Positions 9,272 through 17,786 of a DNA stretch of 64,000 nucleotides are shown in pieces. The notes beneath the pieces are model-generated. The model did no database searches, was not told the DNA's origin, and was given only the letters and a program-made list of their open reading frames with translations. The stretch spans positions 181 to 64,180 of the forward strand of contig JACPIM010000003.1 in assembly GCA_016188045.1 (NCBI GenBank), written 5' to 3'. A program made the translations under genes and the position numbers. This DNA is from Candidatus Woesearchaeota archaeon (GTDB lineage: Archaea; Nanobdellota; Nanobdellia; SCGC-AAA011-G17; JACPIM01). Position 1 is the stretch's first letter. Each line of letters opens with the position of its first letter.

Positions 9272-9693
9272 TGGCAAGATGTGCAGATTGTGATAGAAAA
9301 GTGGGTGGGTTATTTGGTAGAGCTGGATATACTTGTGATAGGTGTGGTTGTGACATTTGTGGTAATTGTGTTAATCGAGAAGATGGGGAAGATTATTGTA
9401 AGAGGTGTTGGGCAAATAAATCTGGTCGTGGTTGTTTTATAGCTACTGCTGCTTATGGAACTCCTTTTTCTGAAGAGATTAATGTTTTACGTGATTGGAG
9501 AGATAAATCTTTGATAACTAATAATTTTGGCAGGTTATTTGTTAAAACCTATTATAGATTTAGTCCACCCATTGCTCAGTTTATTGAAAATAAAGAAGGG
9601 TTAAAAAAGGCTGTAAGGGTAGTATTAAATCCTTATATCAAATTTTTAAAAAATAAGGGGTATAATAAAAGAGATAAATACACTACTAAATAG
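9271..9693 (+). CDS. Zn-finger plus CFI-box-CTERM domain protein
   Basis: Four CxxC pairs, then GCFIATAAYG...LRDWRD...FVKTYYRFSPPIA. Confidence 0.8.
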   Translation: MARCADCDRKVGGLFGRAGYTCDRCGCDICGNCVNREDGEDYCKRCWANKSGRGCFIATAAYGTPFSEEINVLRDWRDKSLITNNFGRLFVKTYYRFSPPIAQFIENKEGLKKAVRVVLNPYIKFLKNKGYNKRDKYTTK

Positions 9694-9878
9694 TATATTA
9701 TGATTTAGCTTTTTTATAATGCTTTTAAATAAAATTTTCTCTATTGTAACTAACCTGTTTTACAATAAATAACTTCGTTTATACTTGGTTCTTTACTAAA
9801 ATCAATCATTTAAAACTGAGCAGAATTACTTTATTGATTCAACTTAATGAAATTCTTTGTTTATAACATCTAATTTTA

Positions 9879-10100
9879 TTAAAAATGCCTAGCTCTAACC
9901 CAAAAACCTTTTTTATATGCTCTCAACTCGTGTTCCTTTTCTGCTCTCTTGGTAGCATCCTCAATAATCTTATTTATTTTTTCATAGATTATTGGGTAGC
10001 ATTCTTTAGTTAATGTTGCATTTTGATTTATGCTTTTTACTAAAAATCTTAAATATTTTTTAATTAAAATTCTTTCTTTGTAATATGGAGTATAAACCAT
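9879..10100 (-). CDS. Putative minimal histone-fold protein
   Basis: Helix1 (IKKYLRFLVKS), loop (ATLTKE), long helix2 (…KINKIIEDATKRAEKE), terminal VRARHF. Confidence 0.55.
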   Translation of the reverse strand: MVYTPYYKERILIKKYLRFLVKSINQNATLTKECYPIIYEKINKIIEDATKRAEKEHELRAYKKGFWVRARHF

Positions 10101-10101
10101 C

Positions 10102-10590
10102 TTACTTAAAAGAATTTCTCCATGTAGTTGATAGTGAGTCTAGTAGGTTATGCCCTAATAAGCCTATTGCACTTGCAATTCCAATTATGGGCGGGAAAGC
10201 AATAAATAATATAGCTAAAACTATCAAGATAAAACTTTTTTTATGTAACCATAATGATTGGAGTCTATGAAATGGGCCAATATTACTCATGGATTTAATT
10301 GCTAAAAGTGTAAGCAGGATAATAAGAGAAATGGCTTTTTTATCTAGAACAATAAAATAAATGGCTAGTATTAGTCCTATGATTGTAAAATATCTATGAG
10401 CTAAACTTGTTTCATTATCTAAATCTGGTAACAACGTAAAAAATAAACCAATAAGTAAAAAAACTGAGTAAGGATTCATATTAAAAGTGTTCTCTTGAGA
10501 AAAATTAATCCAGTGATACTGAGAATTTAAAGCTATAAATCCAATTAATAAAACTAATCCAAAGATTACGTGGCTCTTTAGGTCTGACAT
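10102..10590 (-). CDS. Membrane-bound metal-dependent hydrolase (YdjM/DUF457-like)
   Basis: SHVIFG, LLPDLD, FHR...WLH, GHNLLD motifs within TM segments. Confidence 0.75.
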   Translation of the reverse strand: MSDLKSHVIFGLVLLIGFIALNSQYHWINFSQENTFNMNPYSVFLLIGLFFTLLPDLDNETSLAHRYFTIIGLILAIYFIVLDKKAISLIILLTLLAIKSMSNIGPFHRLQSLWLHKKSFILIVLAILFIAFPPIIGIASAIGLLGHNLLDSLSTTWRNSFK

Positions 10591-10591
10591 T

Positions 10592-10774
10592 TTATAGCTC
10601 GTTAGATATTATTTCTTGTTTCTTTGGTTTTGGTTCATTCTTGAAGAGGTTGGCGGAATTCCCTATCCTCAAAGAAATATATTTTTTACCATTTTTATCT
10701 ATATTAATCCATCCTGCGACATCTAAATTGCCCTTATAATCTGGTTTCCTTCCATTTGATTTTTTATTTTCCAT
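10592..10774 (-). CDS. Small DUF736-like (putative ssDNA-binding) protein
   Basis: KPDYKG...AGWINIDKNGKKYISL. Confidence 0.5.
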   Translation of the reverse strand: MENKKSNGRKPDYKGNLDVAGWINIDKNGKKYISLRIGNSANLFKNEPKPKKQEIISNEL

Positions 10775-10786
10775 GTTTTATACCTC

Positions 10787-12226
10787 CTAAGATATTATTT
10801 CTAAGGTGTCAATTTTTTTCGGAAGTACTGTAGAAGACTTCCTTACTATGACAGTATATGGGAATAAATTCTTGACATCCTGCTCTTTATTCTGTCTCTC
10901 TAGGTCAAATATTAAGTCTAGAGAGAATTCTGGATGGTTTATTGGGGTGTAAATAGGAGTATATTCCTTGATAGCTTCAATTATATTAAAATGACTTAAA
11001 TGCTCAAATAAGTCATCAAAGGGCATATTGATTAACCCACTTTGACTCCCTCCTTGACATCTTCTATAGAAGACGGAGTTGCCTTCTTTATGTGAAAATT
11101 CAATTAGGTTCTTATCCTCTAGTTCCCTAATCCTTTTCTTTATGGTATTTTTTGATTTTATACTTAAACTCCTTTGTATTATCTCCCTAGGTATTGGTTT
11201 AGTAAAATCTCCTTTAGTGTATTCTTCAACAAAGTCTAAAATTGTTTGTAACCTTTCATCAAAACCCTTATATGATTGGTTAAAGAATCTGCCACATATT
11301 TTGACGGCGTTTAGAAAATCTTGTGGCTCTGAAACAACAAACATAATTCCATTAATTTCTATGGTGTATCTTTGTAATTGAAAAAGCCAAGATATAGCAC
11401 AAGTGAAGGCTAGAAGTTTTTTTAAGTCTCTTTGGGATCGAGGATTATCATAATTTATAATTTCCTTTCCTTCTTCATCCTCTAATAAATAATTCCAATA
11501 TGGTATTAATACATAATCTACTTTCAATGATTCAAATCCTTTTTTTATCCATGAATTATTATTTCCTTGAGACTCAATAAGGGTTAAGGGGTCACCATGT
11601 TTAATAATCGTGTCTTCATTCACTGCCCTTGTTTTATTAGGATTTCCTCTTAAGGCTATATCTATAAAACGAGTTGCCGATTCTTCATCATTCGAAATTT
11701 CTGTTGTAGAATACAATACCGTCTTTTGTTCTTGCTTGCTTGTTCTTGTTGTTTTATAACCAGTTAAAACATCTTTTTTTAATGAAATAGTTCCACCTTC
11801 ACTCATTTGTTTTATGGTTTCTTTTAAATGGTAGTTTGCACCATCAATTTGTTCTTTGTTAACTTCCGAATAACAGATTATATCATATTTAGCTATATCA
11901 TCTTCCATCACGCTTCTAGTTGCGTTAGTTAAGAAAATATAAGAGTCATCTGGAAAGTGTTTCAAGATTGATCTCATTAAATTATCTTTTCCTACTGAAG
12001 TATCCCCAGAAAATTTTATTGATTTTCTTAAACTAGAAGGTTTTAATTTAGAGGTACATGTGCCTATGAATCCGGTCATCTTTTCGTTATCATCATTGAT
12101 GTGGTCTTTGGATAGTTCTTCATGAATATAATACAAAAGTTTAGGGCTTCTAAATTTTGTTTTGGCCTCCGTAAATAAACCAATTTCTTGTTCTGAAACT
12201 TCTTTAGTAGTTTTTATTAGAGTCAT
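10787..12226 (-). CDS. P-loop NTPase with C-terminal wHTH, putative replication helicase of the element
   Basis: Walker A GDTSVGKD, Walker B-like IICYSE, wHTH (NTIKKRIRELEDKNLIE). Confidence 0.65.
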   Translation of the reverse strand: MTLIKTTKEVSEQEIGLFTEAKTKFRSPKLLYYIHEELSKDHINDDNEKMTGFIGTCTSKLKPSSLRKSIKFSGDTSVGKDNLMRSILKHFPDDSYIFLTNATRSVMEDDIAKYDIICYSEVNKEQIDGANYHLKETIKQMSEGGTISLKKDVLTGYKTTRTSKQEQKTVLYSTTEISNDEESATRFIDIALRGNPNKTRAVNEDTIIKHGDPLTLIESQGNNNSWIKKGFESLKVDYVLIPYWNYLLEDEEGKEIINYDNPRSQRDLKKLLAFTCAISWLFQLQRYTIEINGIMFVVSEPQDFLNAVKICGRFFNQSYKGFDERLQTILDFVEEYTKGDFTKPIPREIIQRSLSIKSKNTIKKRIRELEDKNLIEFSHKEGNSVFYRRCQGGSQSGLINMPFDDLFEHLSHFNIIEAIKEYTPIYTPINHPEFSLDLIFDLERQNKEQDVKNLFPYTVIVRKSSTVLPKKIDTLEIIS

Positions 12227-12437
12227 CTGTTTTCCTCCAAAAACTTAAGAATAATTTTTCCCGAACTATTTGGCTAGGCGTAATCTTTTTATTTTCGAGA
12301 ATTTGTCTTGCAGTTCTTTCACGTTCGATAAGCTCTAAAATTTCTTCGTTAAGAAAAAAGGTGCTCTTCTTATAGATGCTCTTTGGTCGAGCAAAATTTA
12401 AATATAAGTTTTCTTTTAAATTATCTGTATTCGTCAT
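12204..12437 (-). CDS. Small RHH-like DNA-binding protein
   Basis: KKSTFFLNEEILELIER...TPSQIVREKL. Confidence 0.55.
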   Translation of the reverse strand: MTNTDNLKENLYLNFARPKSIYKKSTFFLNEEILELIERERTARQILENKKITPSQIVREKLFLSFWRKTDDSNKNY

Positions 12438-12534
12438 AATACCTTCTTGAGGGAAAAATTTCCTCTATTATTTTTCTTCTTCTTTTATCGTATCAATTAA
12501 ACATTGAAGCCAGTCATCTTTTTTGTTTTCCATT

Positions 12535-12599
12535 TTACTTACTTGATAAAGTAAGTAACTTTATAAATCTTTTGGTTACTTACTTTAGAGAGTAACTAA
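12535..12599. promoter_or_regulatory. Paired palindromic operators flanking a TATA box in the divergent promoter
   Basis: TTACTTAC-N8-GTAAGTAA (12535-12558) and TTACTTAC-N8-GTAACTAA (12576-12599) around TTTATAAA (12560-12567). Confidence 0.7.
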
Positions 12600-12631
12600 A
12601 TTTTATAAAGGATTAAATTAGTAAATTATTT

Positions 12632-13372
12632 ATGGAACATTACAAACAAAAGAAATTTTATAGCATTATTAATAGTGCCCCACTATCACACATAATCTTT
12701 CTTGTAATCGGTGGCATAAAAACTACTACAGATTTAATAAAAACTACCAAGTTAAGGGATAGTTTATTATCAAAAAGATTAAGGATTCTAGAAGATAATG
12801 GTTTTATAATTAAGAAGAGGGAAGGTAAAACAAGATATCTTTATATTAACAATGAACCCCTGATTGAAACTTTTATTATTGCAGCTCTTTCTTACAGATT
12901 TAGTATAACTAATAATAAAATAAATAGGTGGGTGGAATCAAAAGAAATTAAAAATATTTTTAAAAAAGTAAAGAAAAATAAACTCTTGTTTGGTCTGATT
13001 GATTCTATTATCGAGTCTTATTTTAAATCTATTAAAATTAGGCGTTCTATGATTCATGAAACTTGTCCATTATGTAAACATCCTTTATCTATAGAAACTC
13101 ATGGTACATCTTGCACTAATCCAGAATGCGATTTTATTTATATTATAAAAGAAATTTTTACCTTATATGAAGTTATGTATGATTTGGTCGATCTTATAGT
13201 AATATCTCTTGAAGATACACGTGGTTTTTGGCCATATTTAACTAAGAAGGAAAAAAAAGAGTTAAAAGACTTAGATATAATTTTTGGTCTTGGTAAGATT
13301 AAATTAATTGATTTTAGTATGAATATCTATCATAATTATTTTAGTAGTATAAATAAAAAAAAGGAAAAATAA
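12632..13372 (+). CDS. wHTH (ArsR/MarR-like) regulator with Zn ribbon
   Basis: LLSKRLRILEDNGFIIKKREGKTRYLY; CPLC...CTNPEC. Confidence 0.7.
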   Translation: MEHYKQKKFYSIINSAPLSHIIFLVIGGIKTTTDLIKTTKLRDSLLSKRLRILEDNGFIIKKREGKTRYLYINNEPLIETFIIAALSYRFSITNNKINRWVESKEIKNIFKKVKKNKLLFGLIDSIIESYFKSIKIRRSMIHETCPLCKHPLSIETHGTSCTNPECDFIYIIKEIFTLYEVMYDLVDLIVISLEDTRGFWPYLTKKEKKELKDLDIIFGLGKIKLIDFSMNIYHNYFSSINKKKEK

Positions 13373-14659
13373 CTATTTTAATTTATTTATTATCTCTATT
13401 AATCTAGGATTTTCCTTTATTTTTTCAGCTAAGGCTTCTTTCATTGAAGGTATTAGAGCATTTAGCAACTCTTCTTTTAGTTGTTCTCTTTCTATTGCCT
13501 TTTTTCTATCTAATAACCTTTTACAGAATGGACAAACCTTTTCAGCAAAACCAACACTTCGACCGCAGATACATGTTTTAGTCTTTGGCAAAAATTGTTT
13601 ATATTTTGGGTCATCGATTAATCCTCTTTTAGCTAATTCTTTCCTATATGAGTCTAAATTATTACTTAGATCATAAGTAGATAATTGTCTTGTAGAAGTC
13701 CAACCTGCTCTATGTTGTATTTCAACATCACTGTCTCCTCTTAGTCTGCTAAACGTAACACCATTCCTTTTTAACGAATAAGCTGTAATTCTTTTATTTA
13801 ATCCTATTTTTTTACATGCTTTCCTTAATTTCTTATTTATATTATAAGGAGTTAATTGTTTATCTTTTCTTCCATTTGCTATAAATAAAAATGAATCTTT
13901 ATCTTGTTTAAACTTGTGTTGGTCATAAAATTTTAGTAAATAAGGATAACTGTCAATACATTGTAGAAATTTAGTTCCTTCTTTACCATGGGAACTAATA
14001 AAAATTCTCGCATGATTTTCATTTATTTCTAAATCACTTATTCTAGTGTAGCATATTTCTTGTGGTCTCCCAAGCGATTCAACAGATAAATTAAGGTAAA
14101 ATTGCATTTGTGGATCATTACTAAAATAATTCACTAATTTTTCAAATTCTTCCCATGTTAATCTATCATCTTTCAGTTTTTGTTTGCTTTTATCAATTCT
14201 TTTAGATAGGTGTCTTACAACAAAAGGAGTTAATGTATCATCTGTTCTGCCTTTTTCGTCTTTTTCTGGGAATAGGTCTTTCCATATGAATTTTAGATTT
14301 TTAATAAAGTCGGCTTTAGATTGAGAACTTTTGTTTACTTCATGAGCTAAGGCTACTATTTCATTAATATCATCCCTATCACATTCTGTTAAGTTTTTTT
14401 TGGTTGTGTTTACTATAAATAATAATGTACAAAATACTCTTAATCTTCTTACATAACTAGTATCCCTACTTTCAAAGATTTTAGCTAATTTCTTAAAATA
14501 GGTTAAATTGGATGGATTTTTACAATAATATTTCCTAGTAGCTCCTTTTTTTGATTTTGCTTTGGGCAATTCTTTTAACTGCTCTAAATTAGCTATAAAT
14601 CTTTCATACCTTGCTTTATTTCCATATATGTCATCCTCAGCCATTTTAAACTCCTGCAT
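13373..14659 (-). CDS. int: Tyrosine recombinase/integrase with C-terminal Zn ribbon
   Basis: LGRPQEI (R), HGKEG (K), YSLKRNG, HRAGW, STYD (Y); CICG...CPFC; 52 bp from the att repeat. Confidence 0.92.
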   Translation of the reverse strand: MQEFKMAEDDIYGNKARYERFIANLEQLKELPKAKSKKGATRKYYCKNPSNLTYFKKLAKIFESRDTSYVRRLRVFCTLLFIVNTTKKNLTECDRDDINEIVALAHEVNKSSQSKADFIKNLKFIWKDLFPEKDEKGRTDDTLTPFVVRHLSKRIDKSKQKLKDDRLTWEEFEKLVNYFSNDPQMQFYLNLSVESLGRPQEICYTRISDLEINENHARIFISSHGKEGTKFLQCIDSYPYLLKFYDQHKFKQDKDSFLFIANGRKDKQLTPYNINKKLRKACKKIGLNKRITAYSLKRNGVTFSRLRGDSDVEIQHRAGWTSTRQLSTYDLSNNLDSYRKELAKRGLIDDPKYKQFLPKTKTCICGRSVGFAEKVCPFCKRLLDRKKAIEREQLKEELLNALIPSMKEALAEKIKENPRLIEIINKLK

Positions 14660-14710
14660 CGTTACTAGTTTATATTATTTAGTCGACTGAGCATTGGAAA
14701 ATAGAAATCT

Positions 14711-14831
14711 TGCCCCCACGAGGATTTGAACCTCGGTCTCAACCTTTTTGCTAAAAAGCCGCAAGGTCGAATTCTTACTGGTAATTAACCATCAATTTAG
14801 GGTTAATAAATCCAGGCTAAACTATGGGGGC
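14711..14831 (-). tRNA. tRNA-Arg(GCG) with two BHB introns (right copy, native upstream flank)
   Basis: Same sequence as the left copy; introns 14746-14758 and 14776-14809; discriminator A versus G in the left copy. Confidence 0.92.
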
Positions 14832-14850
14832 AATAAGAAACTATGTTTCT
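14712..14850. repeat. 139-bp direct repeat, right att site
   Basis: Identical by eye to 3320-3458. Confidence 0.95.
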
Positions 14851-14904
14851 TATCAACTTCCTTGTAATCACTCGTTTCTTATCAACTTCTTTAAAAACAA
14901 GGGG

Positions 14905-14918
14905 GAAAGGTTTATAAA
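14905..14918 (+). promoter_or_regulatory. BRE/TATA promoter of the Zn-finger/ef1b operon
   Basis: GAAAGG-TTTATAAA ending 22 nt before the ATG at 14941. Confidence 0.6.
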
Positions 14919-14940
14919 TATTTATTGGGGCGGTTTAAGG

Positions 14941-15204
14941 ATGGTTAAAAAAGAAAAAGTTGTTGAGGAAGTTGTATTAGATAAGCCTGTTTTAGAAGAA
15001 GTTAAAGCAGAAAGTAAATTAGAACTTAAAGAAGAAAATCTAATAGATATTAGTAAAGAGCAAGAAATTAGGCTTATACCTGTGGGTTCTGTAATTTTTC
15101 CTTGTCCTAATTGCGGTAAAACTACAGTTAGTAGGACTTTTAGTGAAAGAAGGTTAGCTACACCTTATAAATGTGAAAACTGTAGTTTTGTAGGTCCTAA
15201 TTAG
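14941..15204 (+). CDS. HVO_2753/DUF1610-family Zn-finger protein
   Basis: FPCPNCG...YKCENCSFVGPN; canonical position upstream of aEF-1beta. Confidence 0.85.
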   Translation: MVKKEKVVEEVVLDKPVLEEVKAESKLELKEENLIDISKEQEIRLIPVGSVIFPCPNCGKTTVSRTFSERRLATPYKCENCSFVGPN

Positions 15205-15207
15205 AAA

Positions 15208-15483
15208 ATGGGATTTGTTTTAATAACTTACAGATTAATGCCTGAATCGGTTGAAACTGATTTGGATAAGATGAAAGAAGAAGTTGAGCTTATTATTAAT
15301 AAATTTGGTGGCAAGATAGAGAAAGTTGATAAAGAACCTGTTGCTTTTGGTTTGGTTTCTTTAATTATTGTTATAAGTTTAAATGAAAGCATAACTAATC
15401 TAGATCCTTTAGAGGACTTATTAAGAAATGTTGTTGGTGTTGAGAGCGCTGAATCTATAGATGTTAGAAGAATGGTAGGCTAA
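15208..15483 (+). CDS. ef1b: Translation elongation factor aEF-1beta
   Basis: RLMPESVETDL...EPVAFGLVSL...VESAESIDVRR. Confidence 0.93.
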   Translation: MGFVLITYRLMPESVETDLDKMKEEVELIINKFGGKIEKVDKEPVAFGLVSLIIVISLNESITNLDPLEDLLRNVVGVESAESIDVRRMVG

Positions 15484-15642
15484 ATAAGAAACTACGTTTT
15501 TTATCATCTTCCTTTTTAAAAATTACATAACTTCCATCATATCCTTAACTTGTTGTTTCTAATAAGTAGTAAAAATAGTAAGATTTATATATTAGTTCTA
15601 CTACTATTATTACTATCAATTAATAATAAAAATGAGGTTAAA

Positions 15643-16014
15643 ATGTTAAATTTAGAAAATATGGTTAGAACTGCTCCTAAAGTTGGAGAAATTGGTGGCG
15701 GATTAGCTACTGCTACAGCTGGTGCTGTAACTGGTCCTGGTTTACTAGGGCAGTATATTACCGGAGCTACTGTTGGTTATTCAAATGCGGCTATAGCAGG
15801 TAGTGTTATTGGAACTCCTGTAGGAATGGTTTTAGGTTATGCTGGCGTAAATACGGCTTTGAAAGGAATATATGACTTGTATTATACTATGAGACATCCC
15901 ATTAAACAAACTAAAAGAATCTTGTCTACATTAGGAAATATTATAAAAAGACCTTATAGAATTTTAACTAAGCCATTAGAATATGTATTTAAACCTGTTA
16001 GACTGATAAGATGA
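15643..16014 (+). CDS. Gly/Ala-rich hypothetical membrane protein
   Basis: ORF with a hydrophobic Gly-rich stretch; ATG at 15643 preferred. Confidence 0.55.
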   Translation: MLNLENMVRTAPKVGEIGGGLATATAGAVTGPGLLGQYITGATVGYSNAAIAGSVIGTPVGMVLGYAGVNTALKGIYDLYYTMRHPIKQTKRILSTLGNIIKRPYRILTKPLEYVFKPVRLIR

Positions 16015-16232
16015 AGGAGGGATGTAAAATGCCCGAATATGAAGAAGTTTCACTTATAAAAGGAGGTCATCTTTACATAATTAGGTTTAGGCCTCTAGAA
16101 GAAAATAGAGCTTTTGAAGAATTATTGAGGTTAGTTGATGACCCCGACCATAATTTTGATGGTTTAGATGCTAAAGTTATGTTAGAAAAGATAAATGAAA
16201 GAGCAAAAAATAGGGAGAATGCAAATGAGTAA
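16011..16232 (+). CDS. Hypothetical protein
   Basis: ORF in a coupled operon. Confidence 0.6.
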   Translation: MKEGCKMPEYEEVSLIKGGHLYIIRFRPLEENRAFEELLRLVDDPDHNFDGLDAKVMLEKINERAKNRENANE

Positions 16233-16662
16233 TGAATTTTGTTGGAGATACACTATGGGCAAGCAGAACCTTGCATTATTTGTAGCTGGTTCTGATGAAA
16301 GAGTTGGAACTCTTAGTGTTCAACGCGATCAAGATGGAAGAATTGTTGCTGGAAAAGTTTTTACATATAATCCTAGATTAATTAATTATGTTGATTTTTT
16401 TGATAAAGTTAGTTCTGTTCCTGGTTTAGATAAAAGAGATATATCAGATGTATTTAAGATAAAAGATGGTTTCTTTAGACTAGAAGGTTATGTTAGAGAT
16501 AGAGAAAGTTTTTGTATTTATGCTTATGAACCAGATCCTAAAAAAAGATCTGAATTGCTTAGGAAGGCAACATTAGCTAGAATCGATCTTGGAATGAGAT
16601 TTGGAGATTTTGTGGATGGTTTTGTAGAAAAAGCGATCAGTGGAGAAATAAAAGGAGAATAA
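16195..16662 (+). CDS. Hypothetical protein
   Basis: ORF in a coupled operon. Confidence 0.6.
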   Translation: MKEQKIGRMQMSNEFCWRYTMGKQNLALFVAGSDERVGTLSVQRDQDGRIVAGKVFTYNPRLINYVDFFDKVSSVPGLDKRDISDVFKIKDGFFRLEGYVRDRESFCIYAYEPDPKKRSELLRKATLARIDLGMRFGDFVDGFVEKAISGEIKGE

Positions 16663-16917
16663 ATGGGATATGATCAAAACATACCAGAGGTAAATTGGAG
16701 CAAACTCGATAATATAGCTTGTGCTTCTGTATATTGCTCAAAAGTATTAAGAAAACGTATTAGATTATGGTCGCGTGTTAATTATTGGTTTACTAAAGAG
16801 TTTATGGATTTTGTAGGAAAGAGGCTTCAAAGTGAACAAGGAGAATACGAAAGACTAAAAAGTGTTTTTGATAGAAGGGATATTGATTATTTGGATGAAA
16901 GATTGAGGCAATTTTAA
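16663..16917 (+). CDS. Hypothetical protein
   Basis: ORF abutting the previous stop. Confidence 0.55.
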   Translation: MGYDQNIPEVNWSKLDNIACASVYCSKVLRKRIRLWSRVNYWFTKEFMDFVGKRLQSEQGEYERLKSVFDRRDIDYLDERLRQF

Positions 16918-16921
16918 GAAA

Positions 16922-17554
16922 ATGGAAAGTCCGTTAACAAAAGAACAAATAGATGAATTAAATAGTATAGTTAAATTACCTGTGGAAGAGCAAAGGAAAG
17001 CTTTAGCAGAATTTACTAAAAAATTAAGTCCTGAACAATTAGAGTTTTTAAAAAAAGGACAAGGTTGTGTTTTTTGTAGTATTGCAGAAGGAAAAATTGA
17101 AAGCAAGAAAGTTTATGAGGATGAAAAATTTTTAGCTGTTTTAGACATTAATCCTGCTAATAAGGGTCATGTTTTATTATTTCCTAAAAAACATTATGAA
17201 GTTTTAGCTCAAATGGAAGATGTTTCTGAATTATTTAATCTAGCAAATAATATTGCTAAAAGCGTTTTTGAAATTGTAAAAGCAGAGGGGACGAATATTG
17301 TTGTGAATAATGGAACTGTTGCTGGCCAAATGGTACCTCATGTAGTTGTGAATATTATTCCTAGATTTAAAGATGATAAAGTCAGAATTGGCTGGGAAAA
17401 AACGGATGTCAATGAAGAAGAGATGAGTGAACTTGCAGATGAAATTTTTAAAAATTTAAAAAATAAAGTAGTTAAGAAAGAAGAAAAAATAGAAGAAAAG
17501 AAAATTAAAGTTGTTAAAGTAAGTAATGTTGGTTATTTAGAAAGGGTGCCTTAG
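16922..17554 (+). CDS. HIT-family protein with degenerate triad
   Basis: CVFCSIAEG, LDINPANKGHVL, GQMVPHVVVNIIPRF. Confidence 0.85.
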   Translation: MESPLTKEQIDELNSIVKLPVEEQRKALAEFTKKLSPEQLEFLKKGQGCVFCSIAEGKIESKKVYEDEKFLAVLDINPANKGHVLLFPKKHYEVLAQMEDVSELFNLANNIAKSVFEIVKAEGTNIVVNNGTVAGQMVPHVVVNIIPRFKDDKVRIGWEKTDVNEEEMSELADEIFKNLKNKVVKKEEKIEEKKIKVVKVSNVGYLERVP

Positions 17555-17786
17555 AAGGGTATGTTATAAGACAGTAATCTTTTTATATTTGTGTTTTAAA
17601 TAAAATATTATGTTAAATTTGTCAGTTGGAGAATCTTCTCCTTTAAATACCTTGGAATCAAAGCAAAGATTAGAAGTTGTGTTAGCCAGAATGTGTGCTG
17701 ATACTGAAGCCGAAATTAAAAGAAGAGATGAACAAAGACGTAGAGCAGAATTGACTGTATACAAATTGAGGCCCAATTATTCTTAA

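Larger units (their letters stand above)
3320..14850. mobile_element. tRNA-Arg-integrated element with tyrosine integrase
   Basis: Flanked by 139-bp direct repeats; integrase next to one repeat; divergent regulators; replication-type ATPase; accessory cargo. Confidence 0.9.

Noticed and set aside
17564-17776. 70-aa minus-strand ORF
   Set aside because: Non-ATG start, no motif and atypical composition; not supported as a gene.
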